Part shown: positions 26,510 through 38,437 of the stretch, one piece after another
Numbering within the stretch: the stretch's first letter is position 1
Layout: each line of letters opens with the position of its first letter
The notes under the pieces: model-generated
Told to the model about the DNA's origin: nothing
Databases searched by the model: none
What the model saw: the letters and a program-made list of their open reading frames with translations, nothing else
Assembly (NCBI GenBank): GCA_951406725.2
Contig: OX597831.1
Location: 3,348,001-3,412,000 of the forward strand
Direction of reading: 5' to 3'
DNA from: Octopus vulgaris
Lineage: Eukaryota
DNA: 64,000 bases
Made by a program: the position numbers and the translations under genes

Positions 26510-26959
26510 ACAGAATCATGTACTAAAGATATAGATATATGAATATAAAAACATATCAAAAATACATTAAATATATATATATAAGTATATAAAGAATATA
26601 TTAAGAACATAATTTATAGTCCTCTTTACAATAAAAATGGTATTAAAATTATATACCCAGAATGGGTGGAGTGCAGAGAATATTGTAAATCCATATAAAT
26701 GTTTATAGTTCGTTAAAGTCCGATGACCGCCATCTCCGCGGAAATGGTTGTCGGGTTTTTAACTATAAACATTTGTATGGATTTACAGTATTCTCTGCAC
26801 TCCACCCATTCTGGGTATATAATTTTAATACCATTTTTATTGTAAGTAGGACTATAAATTATATTTTCTTAATATATTCTTTATATACTTATATTTTTAA
26901 TGCATTTCTGATATATTTTTAAGTATGTTTATATATCTATTTTTAGTACATGATTTTGT
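26510..26959. repeat. ~450-bp near-perfect foldback (inverted repeat)
   Basis: Left arm ~26510-26710 is the reverse complement of ~26761-26959 (ATACCCAGAATGGGTGGAGTGCAGAGAATA vs TATTCTCTGCACTCCACCCATTCTGGGTAT). The 50-bp centre is also largely self-complementary. Confidence 0.95.
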
Positions 26960-26994
26960 GTGTGTTATATATGTATGTGTGTATATATGTATTT

Positions 26995-27352
26995 TTTATT
27001 TGTTTCAGTCATTTGACTGTGGCCATGCTGTAGCACCACCTTTAGTTGAACAAATTGACCCCAGGACTTATTCTTTGTAAGCCTAGTACTTATCCTGTTG
27101 GTCTCTTTTACCGAATTGCTAAGTTACAGGGACGTAAACATACCAACATCAGTTGTCAAGCAACGGTAGGGGGACAAACACTGACACAAACGAGGGGCTT
27201 CTTTCAGTTTCCATCTACCAAATCCACTCAAGGCTTTGGTCTGCCCGAGGCTATAGTAGAAGACACTTGCCCAAGGTGCTGCGTAGTGGGACTGAGCCTG
27301 GAACCATGTGGTTGGTAAGCAAGCGACTTACCACACAGTCACTCCTGTGCCT
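26995..27352 (-). mobile_element. SINE family B
   Basis: Near full-length reverse-complement copy. Confidence 0.85.
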
Positions 27353-28349
27353 ATATGTATGTGTATATATATGTTTGTATATGTGTGTGTGTTTGTTTAA
27401 GTATGTCATGTATGTGTGTGTGCATATGTATATATATTTGTGTATGTAACCTAAATTCACAATTTAGGTTAGTTGAAATATGTTTGTCACATATTTCAAT
27501 TGGTAAAGGCAAAAACACTGCAGTTACTATGGAGAAAAAATTCTCTCTTATGGTAAAACTGTGAAAACACCTCATTCATTCAATGTCACCCCCTCTCAGG
27601 AATCTGAGGCATCACTGTTCCAAGTTTGTTAACTCTTGTTGATCCTGATATCTATCTATATATATATATATGATTTTGCTTTGTTAGATGTTAGGACTCC
27701 TTATACTTTGCTTCTGGGGGGCTTGTACAGAGTGTAACATCAATCAATGAAAGACATGCACTTCATTTCAATGGCTCCAAGGAACCTATAGAATGCTACA
27801 CAAACACTCAGTCCTTGCACAATGCTTCCTGCAGCAGAAACTGCTGTAAGTCAATGAAGGTGATTATGTGACTCCTGTTTTGTTGTCATTCATTAATTGA
27901 TATATAAATAATTGACCATACTAATGTCTTGATTACATTTGTGAAAGAACTTCATATATATATATGGCAGGGATTTTGACTTACAAATATTAACAAAAAA
28001 TATATATCATGAGATTTTTTTGCTGTTTGCTGGTGTAGTTCCATGAACATCTCTCTTCTTTACATGTATTTTATTTTGGAATTGGTATCAGTAAATGTAT
28101 TTCCCGTGAATGACATTTGGTGGTATTTACAAAATACGTTGTGTGTGTAGGTATATCTTATATTTTGTTTGTCATTTGACTATGTCCATGTTGGGGTACT
28201 GCCCTTGGAGGATTTGACTAACTCAACTTCAAGACTTATTTTTTTAAAGCCTAGTTCATTCATATTCTATCAGTCTCTTTTTTGCTGAACCGCTAAATTA
28301 TGGAGACACAAACACACCAATACCAATTGTCTAGTGCTGGTTGGGGTCA

Positions 28350-28780
28350 GACACATGCAGCATAATAAATATATAAGAAAAAAGGGGGATTAAAAAATCC
28401 AAGCAGATAATAATAATACTCAATAGTATCCGACAATCAGACACTAGTAAATGTAAGTAGTATACGCATCCAAGGTAAATCCTCATGTATGACAAGTTGA
28501 TCCAAATATCCTTTAGAAGGATTTTGAGAAATTCAGAGCATTTGACATGTGTAGAGAAAATTACATCGTTATTGAAGAATTCATCTTGCAAAGCCTACAG
28601 TTGTTTGTATTTTATTAACGTATTTAGATATAGAAAATATCAATGAAATTAATATTAAAGTTTCCGAAAATATATGTTGATACACTATCAAGGCAATCCA
28701 AAATTAGTGAAATTCAAATTGGACATATGAAATATTTCCAGTACAGGAATGCCTACAAAAAGAATGCTTAGAAGGAATTT
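28350..28780 (-). mobile_element. Possible degenerate Penelope-like (GIY-YIG) element remnant
   Basis: Minus-strand fragments SVSTYIF..NINF, NCRLC and DEFFNNDVIFSTH, broken by stops and frameshifts. They resemble the LSxYIW...CxLCxxE...H C-terminus of PLE endonucleases. Confidence 0.35.
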
Positions 28781-30344
28781 AATCTAAGACATTGCTGTAT
28801 TCAACTAATGGTGATGTCAGTGGATAGCGAAAAAATGATAAAAAAAAAAAGAAGAAAATTAAGAAAGGCCATTTGTATTCAACTATTGGTGACATCAGTG
28901 GATAAGGAAATAATAAAAAAACAAACACAACAGGCTTTTTAAGTTTCTCTCTACTAGATTCACTTATGAGGCTTTGGTTGGCTTGAAGCCATATCATAGG
29001 AGACATTTGCCTGAGGTGCCACACATTGGGACTGATCCTGGAATGATGTGGTTGGGAAAGAAGCTTCTTACCACGCCTGTGCATATGTATGTGTGTATAT
29101 TTATAGATATATATATACATTTTGTTTTAAATACTTAAGTGCGCGTTTTGCTTGCTTGTCAGTATACTGTTAACCCTTTTTTAAGCCAGCCATATCTGGC
29201 CCAAGTATCCTTCCTGTTTTATGATGAAACCGACCAGATCAGGCTTCCTACATGTACCCTGCAATGTCATTGTAAAAATAAACAATTACATTAGCAAAAT
29301 CTCAACGCTATGATATAAGCCTGTTCATTAAATTGTATTGTTCCTCAAGGAATGATGTCATGTTTAGGATGTAAAGCATTTCCCCATGGCTGTCATCACC
29401 TACTCTTAGCATATAGGTTTTTTTCTTATTTGTGACTGAGAATCCTTAGTTGAGTTATTCGGCCTTCATTTAATTACTTATAACATATTTCTTTAACACA
29501 AAGGAAGTGGGGATGGAGGCTCAACCATGATTTGAACTCAGAATTGTTGAACTCTAAACTAAATATAACTATTGGTATTTTACATACAGCTTGATGGCAA
29601 CGAGCTAACAGAACTGTTAGCACACTGGGCAAAATGCTTATTGGCATTTTGTCCATCTGTACGTTCTAAATTTAAATTCTGCCTAGGTCAATTTTACCTT
29701 TCATCTTTTCAGGGTCAGTAAAATAAGTACCAGTTGAGTACTGGGGGTGACGTAATTGACTTACCCCTCCCCTCACACCAAATTTGCTGGGCTTGTGCCA
29801 AAATTTGAAACCAATATTTTACATACAGTTTGCACTGTGGCAGATTACCTTCATCGGCTGCGGATTGAATATCACAATAATTTTGCTACCATCTGATAGC
29901 ATTACTTCCTCTGGTGGAGTCGAGCAACACATGCTATCATGGAAATGCCTCGATTTTGTTAACCCACACTATAACATACTTTTTTCTCCCACTTATCCTT
30001 GCAGCCACTACAATTAGCTGGATGCAGCTGAAACTATTTTTAACAATGCAGCAACTGTTTTTTTGTTTCACCACTTGAAGATTCTTATTTTGTGCTTCGC
30101 TTTGGTTTTTCTTTCACATGCCTCTGCCATATCCAAGATAAAGCATTTCCTGTTTCCCTCTCCAGTTTACAAATGACTGCTCCATTGTTTTTCCTCAGCT
30201 CAACATATTAAGATCACACACACACACAGTTCACCGCATAGTGACAATATTAGGACATACTAATTCAATGTGAGTAAAACATAAGGGACATAGGATGTAC
30301 ACCCCTACATCACCATCATCATCATAATGTTTAATACTTCTATA

Positions 30345-30760
30345 TGTGGTTGTGTGGTAAGAAGCTTGCTTTCCAACAACATGGTCCCAGGTTCAGTCCT
30401 GCTGTATGGAACCTTGGGTTGACCAAAGCCTTGAGTGGATTTGTAGATGGAATCAGAAAGAAGCCTGTAGTATATATATATATATATTTATTTTACTTGT
30501 TTCAGTCATTTGTCTGGCCATACTGGAGTGCACAGACACACATATGTATTTGTGTATCTTTGTGTTTGTTCCCTCGCTACCGCTTGACAACCAGTGTGGG
30601 TGTGTTTATGTCCCTGTAATTTAGTGGTTCGAGAAGCAAGACCAACAGAATAAGTACTAGGCTTTAAAAAAAGTCCTTGAGTCGATTCAACTGACTAAAA
30701 CCCTTCAAGGTGGTGCCCCAGCATGGCCACAATCAAATGACTGAAACTAAAGGTAAAATG
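30345..30760 (+). mobile_element. SINE family B
   Basis: Family head, internal TA repeat, CCAGCATGGCCAC tail. Confidence 0.8.
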
Positions 30761-31476
30761 GTAAAAAAAAAAAACTTAGTGAAAGATCCTTTATATGATC
30801 CCCAAACCCTCTTGAAATAACAGCTAAATCACCCTAAAATCTTGTTCTACTGTCTTAAATGAAAGACGTGCATATTAAGTTATGTAGTCAGGAGTAGACT
30901 GGTTCTTGGACAAATATATTCTATCGGGGCTGGTTTGTTTCTAAATTAAAAACGTGTTGTGTACGAACAAGCTTGTTACACTTATTGATCTTAAATATCA
31001 ATAACTAAGCATAACAGTAGCCTCATCATCACCATCGTCGTCATCGTTTTAGGCCTGCTTTTTCTGCACAGTTCTGAGTTGTATGTATATTTTGAGACGT
31101 TTTATATCTGGATTCTCTTGTTGTCTTGAAAGATATGCAGGGACATGGTGCACCTGTTCTAAAACTGAGAAGCCTTATTTTATAAGACACACACCCCATA
31201 GTAACAATTTTGATAACGAGCTGTTTGCAAGCAAATTATCTGCTTGTAATTTTTTATAATTTGACATAAATATTCAACATTTTACTAGTACGTTTAGTAT
31301 GTTAAGCTGTGCTGTCGCTGTTTACTTTTAGATTCTTCTGTTACCACAAAGCTAAGTGACTATGTGTATATAACACAACATGGCCCAGCATGACGAGGGG
31401 CTTGTCACAAAACATTCTGATAAAATGGGTCAGTAGACTGTTGTACTATCATAGTGTGTATATGTATGTACATACA

Positions 31477-31806
31477 GGCACGAGTGTGGCCGTGTGGTAA
31501 GAAGTTTACTTTCCAGCCACATGGTTCAGGGTTCAGTTCCATTGTGTGGCACATTGGGCAAGTGTCTTCTACTATAGTCTTAGGTGACCAAAGCCTTGTG
31601 AGTGGATTTGGTTGACAAATTAGAAAAAAGCCTGTCGTGTGTGGCCACCACTGCTTGACAACTGGTAGGTGTGTTTGTGTCCCCGTAACTTAGCAGTTCA
31701 GCAAAAGAGACTGCTAGAATAAGTACCAGGGTTAAAAAATAAGTGCTGTGGTTGATTCATTTGACTAAAAATTCAAGGCAGTGCCCCAGCATAACCACAG
31801 GTAAAA
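31477..31806 (+). mobile_element. SINE family B
   Basis: Family head, core and tail. Confidence 0.8.
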
Positions 31807-31807
31807 G

Positions 31808-31869
<62 letters not shown>

Positions 31870-32078
31870 ATATATATATGTGTGTGTATGTATATATATA
31901 TATGTGTGTGTATGTATATATATATATGTGTGTGTGTGTATGTATATATATATATGTGTGTGTATGTATGTATATATATATATGTGTATGTATGTATATA
32001 TATATATGTGTATGTATGTATATATATATATATGTATGTATATATATATATATGTATGTATATATATATATATGTATG

Positions 32079-32111
<33 letters not shown>

Positions 32112-32292
32112 GTGTATGTATGTATGTATATATATATATATGTGTATGTATGTATATATATATATATGTGTATGTATGTATATATATATATATGTGTATG
32201 TATGTATATATATATATGTGTGTATGTATGTATATATATATATGTGTGTATGTATGTATATATATATATATGTATGTATGTGTATATATATA
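31808..32292. repeat. Long compound (TG)/(TA)/(TATG) microsatellite
   Basis: Visible simple repeat; source of the spurious CV/YI/HT ORFs. Confidence 0.97.
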
Positions 32293-32382
32293 GTCAGCTA
32301 TTGCTAGAAACAAGAGTTAAAACAACTTAAAAAGCATTGTCTTAATGACTGATGAAGGGAGGCAAGTCCCTAGCATATATAG

Positions 32383-32436
32383 TCGGATTGAAAGATTTCG
32401 GATTTTGATGTAGACCATCTTAATCCTCGTCAGCGA
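32383..32436 (-). ncRNA. Candidate minimal type-I hammerhead ribozyme, canonical core
   Basis: Minus strand: TCG-CTGACGA-GGATT AA GATG GTCTA CATC AA AATCC-GAAA-T CTTTCA A-TC-CGA. Full CUGANGA/GAAA/UH core and well-paired stem II, but weak stems I and III. Confidence 0.45.
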
Positions 32437-33674
32437 GGATTGTATCCGAGAATTTAGTTTCTTTGCTAAATGCTTCCTTTATGGTGATAGCATTGATGAC
32501 TTGACCAATTCTTGCATGAAAGAGTCGATGGCTTTGACTGCATGGTAATGTTGGTGGAGGCCAGGGTTGATTTTGTCAAGCCTATCTCGTTTGATTTCTT
32601 CCTTTTCTCTTCTTGTGGCTTCAATGCTGCCACTAATATGTATTTTAAACAAGTTTTCCAGAGTTTATAGAAAATACCTCAAGTACAATATACTCATTGT
32701 GGCCTCTCTCATAGCCCTGCTTATCAGGTTTATGTTGCTGAGTTGCAGTGTGTTGTTCAGTTGTTTATTTTCATCTGATAAATCTTTTTTCTTTTGCTTT
32801 TTTTTTTTTTTGTTTTGTTTTCTACACATTACTTTGTTTATTATAAACTGTTTCAGTCAGTTTGGCCCATTAATAAACCCGTTGTTAGCAACCAGGAAGC
32901 CTCTGTGTGTGACAGGGGTTTCTTGTTGGCTAGAACCCTGCGAGAAACAACAATCATGTGTCCTTCAAATCAGTCTCCTAACAGGGCTCTGAGCAGCTTG
33001 TTTTTGGCAAAAGACAGGATGCTCATGGCTGGAGAGATTTAGCTCTGTGCTCTACTGGCTGACTTGCGATTAAACACCATTGTACATAAATGTAAAGTTA
33101 GGCCATCCCTATTTTCTATGTTGATTCTTCAACGAGATTTATTGTTGAGATCTTCTCATCAAGGTTTGCTGTCCTTTCTCTTCTCACATCACTTTTACAA
33201 TACTATATGTTGTCTTTATCTCATTTAAAAAAATGCTATATAAGGATCTTACTAACTTCCCCCCTGACCTCTCCATATCACCAATGAAAACCCGACTGCA
33301 TTTTTTGCACAGTGTTAAATTCTTGCAAAGCCTTAAACTTTTCACATGTCACACTACCCACAAAATGAAACACCTAATTGTTTCACATATCCAACTACCT
33401 TACTTGCTGGTGTATAAAACACGTCCCTATTTCATGAGTATATTTTGTGGAAAAAACAAACAAATATAATATATTCCATCGTACACTTCATCATCATCAT
33501 CATCATCATCATCATTTGACATCTGTTTTCCATGCTGGCATGGGTTAGACTGCTTGATAAGAACTGGTAGGGCCAGGGGCCACACCAAATTCCAAAGATA
33601 TTTTGAAGTGGTTTTTGTGAAAGGAAAATGTTTGACTCAGTGTATGTAAAAACAATATTTTAATAATGTTCCCT

Positions 33675-34052
33675 TATTTGTTTTGGTCATTAGACTGCAG
33701 CCATACTGGAGCACCACCTTGTAGACTTTTTAGCCGAATGAATTGATCCCAGTACTTTCCTTTTCATTTTTTAAGCCTGGTACTTAGTCTCTCGGTCTCT
33801 TTTTGCCAAACTGCTGAGTTATGTAAACACCAACACCAGTTATCAAGTGGTGGTGTGGGACAAAGAGATACATAAAGACACACACACACAACAGGATTCT
33901 TTCAGTTTCCATCTACCTTATCCACTGACAATGTTTTAGCTGGCCGGAGGCTATAGTAGAAGACACTTGCTCAAGGTGCCGTGCAGTGGGACTGAACCCC
34001 GACCCATGTGGTTAGGAAGCAAGCTTCTTACCATACGTTCACACCTGCACCT
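33675..34052 (-). mobile_element. SINE family B
   Basis: Reverse-complement family copy. Confidence 0.8.
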
Positions 34053-34827
34053 ATACTGGAATAATGTATGAAAGCATAAATTTATAACAAATATCCTGTA
34101 TTTGCACCTAACCATCTTTCAGATCAGCTGTATAAGTTGTTTATGTTTTGCTCAAGAGAATTGCCATGCAAGGTGTGTCACTTGTGCTTCTGGTCGTGAT
34201 GTGTTATGTAACTGCTATTTGGTAGCGCCAAGGTGGTGCATCACCACTAAAGCTTTGTAGTTATTTATTCATTGCAGATAAAAGTTTCACCTCAACTATG
34301 TTTTTATCTATGGATTCCTTTGAATTCTATTTCAATGTGGTTGAACCCCATAGCCATTCTGTGTTTAAAAACTAGTTTTAGAGAAAATTCTTTCAAAATT
34401 CATAATTTGTTTTTCACACATCAACTTGTAATGTAAGACACTTGTGAAAGAAATCTAGCTGTTTCTGGCCATAAATACATCTAAAGCAAAATTTTTTTCA
34501 TGGACCCTTAAATGTATTTCTATGGGTTGCCAATTTACTATTTTCCTTGCATGTCCCTTTCCCAATCTTATATGGACCTTGGTTGAGAACCTCTGGTCTA
34601 ACCCTTTAACATTTAAACCAGCCATATATGGCCGAAATATTCTACCTGTTTTATGTTCAAACCGACCAGATCAAGCCTCTCACACCTACCCAACAATGTC
34701 ATTGAAATGTGAAGATTAAAATATAACGCGTGTTTAATTCAAAACAATGCAAATCAGTATTAAATTTGACAGGGTAAATTGAATGCAAAAAGGGTTCATC
34801 TTTGTTGAAGAATTTTTCCATTTAGGT

Positions 34828-35053
34828 TAGTGGTTCTTAACCAGGGGCCATGTACATGCGAGTCAATGTAAGATTTTGTTATTAAAATTTATCTGCAATA
34901 AATTGGTTATACTTTTACAATGCACAAAATATTTTAAGAATTCTTTTATACAATTCCTAATAATAATTAAGTATAAAAATGTAACAGGATTTTTTAAGTA
35001 TCCACCCGAAAGGAGTCCATAGGTAAAAATAAAGAACTGTTGAGAAACACTGG
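34828..35053. mobile_element. hAT (Charlie-like) MITE
   Basis: TAGTGGTTCTTAAC...GTTGAGAAACACTG inverted termini. Related copies at ~34290-34597, 36600-36835, 38608-39040 (near 8-bp TSD GTTTAACC/ATTTAATC) and 62560-62690. Confidence 0.65.
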
Positions 35054-35957
35054 TTTAGACAATTAAAAAGTATTTCTTGATGACAGCAGTCATTAATTCT
35101 TTTGTTACCCTATTTCTGCTAAAATGCACTATTTCTGTTTCAATTCATCATCATCCTCGTTTAACGTCTGCTTTCCATGGTAGCATGGGTTGGACGATTT
35201 TGACTGAGGGCTGGTGAACCAGATGGCTGCACCAGGCTCCAATCTTGATCTGGCAGAGTTTCTATAGCTGGATGCCCTTCCTAACGCCAATGACTCCGAG
35301 AGTGTAGTGGGTGCTTTTTACATGCCACCAGCATGGGGCCAGTCAGGCGGTACTGGCAACAACCTCGCTTGAATCTTTTTTAAGTTTGAAAAAAGATAAT
35401 GAATTTAATAAGATAATTTTGTAATTAATCTAGTGTTTAGAAAATGACATGACATTTTGATAGAGCAGGGGGCAGTTTCTGGTGGGTTGGTATCAAAAGG
35501 GTTAAAAAGGTAAGCCATGTATTAGGTAGTTCTGTATGTTGCGGAATGAGATTATGTGAATGTGACCAACCCGCAGAACTGTTGATGTTACCGTAAGTAA
35601 TTCTTCATGAGTTTGTACTAACAGACTGATATTTCAGTTTGTTTTCAATGTTCTATTGTTAATAGCAATTATTATGCCAAAACGGTATTTGCTAATCCGG
35701 CTCCCTAGCATACAGCACATGGGGTCTCCCATCTGCTTTCTATGCAGGGCAAGTTTTGGTTAGCTTTATAAATAAAGAGGCATGCATCTTAATATGCTGG
35801 TGAATGCAATGTACCTCATGCTTTAAAGGTGATACTGTGGGGTCTGCACCACAGTGCAAGCTGCTGGAACCATCGCAAGGTCTTGTATTGATTCTTTTGC
35901 TACCATATTTCTGTTGAAATACACTGTCCTTGTTTTAATTAATTCTGAGTATTATTA

Positions 35958-36353
35958 CTCTTTTACTTGTTTCAGTCATGTGACTGTGGCCATGCTGGAG
36001 CACTGCCTTTAGTCGATCAAATCGACCCCAGGACTTATTCTTTGTAAGCCTAGTACTTATTTTATCGGTCTCTTTTGGCTGAACTGCTAAATTACGGAGA
36101 CGTAAACACACCAGCATCGGTTGTCAAGTGATGTTGGGGGGACAAATACAGACACACAAACACGCACATACACATATATGTATATACATATATACGACGG
36201 GCTTCTTTCGGTTTCCGTCTACCAAATCCACTCACAAGGCTTTGGTTGGCCCGAGGCTATAGTAGAAGACACTTGCCCAAGGTGTCACGCAGTGGGACTA
36301 AACCCGGAACCATGTGGTTCATAAGGAAGCTACTTACCACACAGCCACTCCTG
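35958..36353 (-). mobile_element. SINE family B inserted in a family E MITE
   Basis: Full-length copy with MITE halves on either side. Confidence 0.85.
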
Positions 36354-37749
36354 CGAAGAATTTATTAAAATAATCTTGTGATTATTGATCTGGTGTTTGG
36401 GGCATAAATTAACATTGAATTTTGATGGAAAGTTTTAACTGAAATTACTTAAAAGCATGAAGTTTATATCATAAAACAAAGAACGATCTCAGATGGGTTG
36501 GTATCAGAAGGGTTAAACATGAGGCTGACCACCTCACCAGTACAACACTCTTTGTAGTCTCAATTCTGCTTTAGAACACCACTAAAGGTCTATACGGCCC
36601 TTAAGCGTCCATACAGCCCATGGGGGTCTATATAAGATTTTGTTAAAAATTATGTGCTGCACCTTGGTTAAGCTTCTACAAAACAACATATTTTAATTTT
36701 TATACAATTTGTAATAAAATTTGATTATAAAAATATAACAGGATTTTTTTTAAACATGGAATGGCTATTAGGGTCCACCCAAGTAAAACAGGAATCAAAG
36801 AGTTCATAGGTAAAAAATAGTGGAGAAATGTTGCTTTAGACCTATAGAGAGAGAGAGACACACACACACACACATATATATGCACACACACACATACTAG
36901 CATATATTTAGTAACCTTCTTCTTTAAACAAATATTACTCACAAACCAGTGTATTTTTGATAAACTTCCTCTCCAGATATAGATGTATAGACATAGCAGT
37001 GTATATTTAATAAACTTCCTCTATATACACACATAAATATGTGCATTGTTCACACGCATACCAGTGTATATTTTATTAGCTTCCTGTTCAAATGTACTTA
37101 CGTATATGTCTAGTTGTTAGGACCCCACATTGTGTCCATGGTAACCGAGGTTTGAATCCAGGTCATGGCAGCCTCCCTCAAATTTATCAAAGGCAGTGCC
37201 CCAGCATGACCGCAGTCTAATGACATGAAACAAGTAAAAAAATAAAAGAACTACATTCATTCTGTCTCCTATTGTATACACATCATTTGTTAACTTTACA
37301 ATTCATTGAAGCCTTCCTAAATCTCCGATATAGATCCCCAAAAAGGTTTTCTATCATTATAAATAAATTATATGATGTTAAGTTTGTTTAATTAAACAGA
37401 TTTAACTCTCTGAAATAAAAGGACTGCTGTGCTGTGTGACTCATTTATCCCCAGGTCAACTTTGGTCAAATATACATGATGAAATAACATTCCAGTCACT
37501 TTTTTTTTTTTCTTTAGATACGCTGCACTTAGGGTCACATACTGTGCCTCTTTTCTTTAAGATGGTATAATGTGATTTGATGAGAAATTAACTGCTATTT
37601 TTACCAGTGTGTGCAGTTGTGTACAGGATCCCATGTTAGGTGGAACCCTTAAGCATTTAAACCAGTCCAAATATTCTACCTATTTTATGCTCAAACCAGC
37701 CAGACCTGGTCTCTTACGCCTACCCTATAATGTCATTCTAAAAGAAATA

Positions 37750-38060
37750 TCACATATTTACAAAGTAAGAAAACAGCACAGCTCCCATGACTTCAGGAAA
37801 CATTTTTTCACGCTGAGAGTTGCTGAAGCATGGAACAAACTGCCGGCCTCAGTTGTTAGTTGTCGGAGCACTGCATCCTTCAAAACTTCCATGCTTCCTG
37901 AGATTCGCCAACACTACACCCTCCATACACACACAAGCATGTATCTGACTCGTACATTGTTCGCTTTCCAGACATTTCTACATTACTGCATGTACTTTAT
38001 ATGCACTTTCTGACAAGTTGTGGTGCACCTGAGCACTGTATACAGTAATTTCATTATTAT
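37750..38060 (+). mobile_element. CR1-type LINE 3' fragment inside a family D MITE
   Basis: HIYKVRKQHSSHDFRKHFFTLRVAEAWNKLPASVVSCRSTASFK matches the CR1 ORF2 C-terminal FFxxRVxxxWNxLP..SFK motif. Short ATT tail. Confidence 0.8.
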
Positions 38061-38399
38061 ATCATCGGAATTTTAAAATTGTGGGATAATACATGATTAA
38101 TTTAAAACATTGTGAATAAGCAAGCATTGCATTTGGCGGAGTAATCTGAATGCTAAAGGGTTAAAACTGTATGGTATTTATAGATAGGTCCTTCTGGAAA
38201 ACCCTTTTAGCTGCTTCTCTGTTTCCACTACTTTACTGTGGAAGGGTCTTTGTAAAATTTTAGCTGATGTATTACAAAGACATCTTCGTTATATCATGGG
38301 TTTTGCTACATTCATTATACATTGGTCTTTGTGGTGCTATCAGTTTTACTCTGATGTGTTGTTTATTACTTTGAGATCTCTTCCTTTTCTCTCCTTGTT

Positions 38400-38437
38400 T
38401 CTTTCTGTGGAAGAGCGTAGGCTCGAAACGTTAAAGA
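38400..38437 (+). ncRNA. Candidate minimal type-I hammerhead ribozyme, A6U core variant, within a repeat (~38385-38510)
   Basis: TCTTT-CTGTGGA-A-GAGC GTAG GCTC-GAAA-CG-TT-AAAGA: 5-bp stem I, 4-bp stem II, palindromic stem III (AACGTT). Confidence 0.55.

Noticed and set aside
31743-32330. 157-195 aa ORFs on both strands (likewise 6762-7152, 52302-52627, 57455-58652, 59301-59893)
   Set aside because: Translations of stop-free microsatellites (CV/YI/HT and poly-L/T/V).
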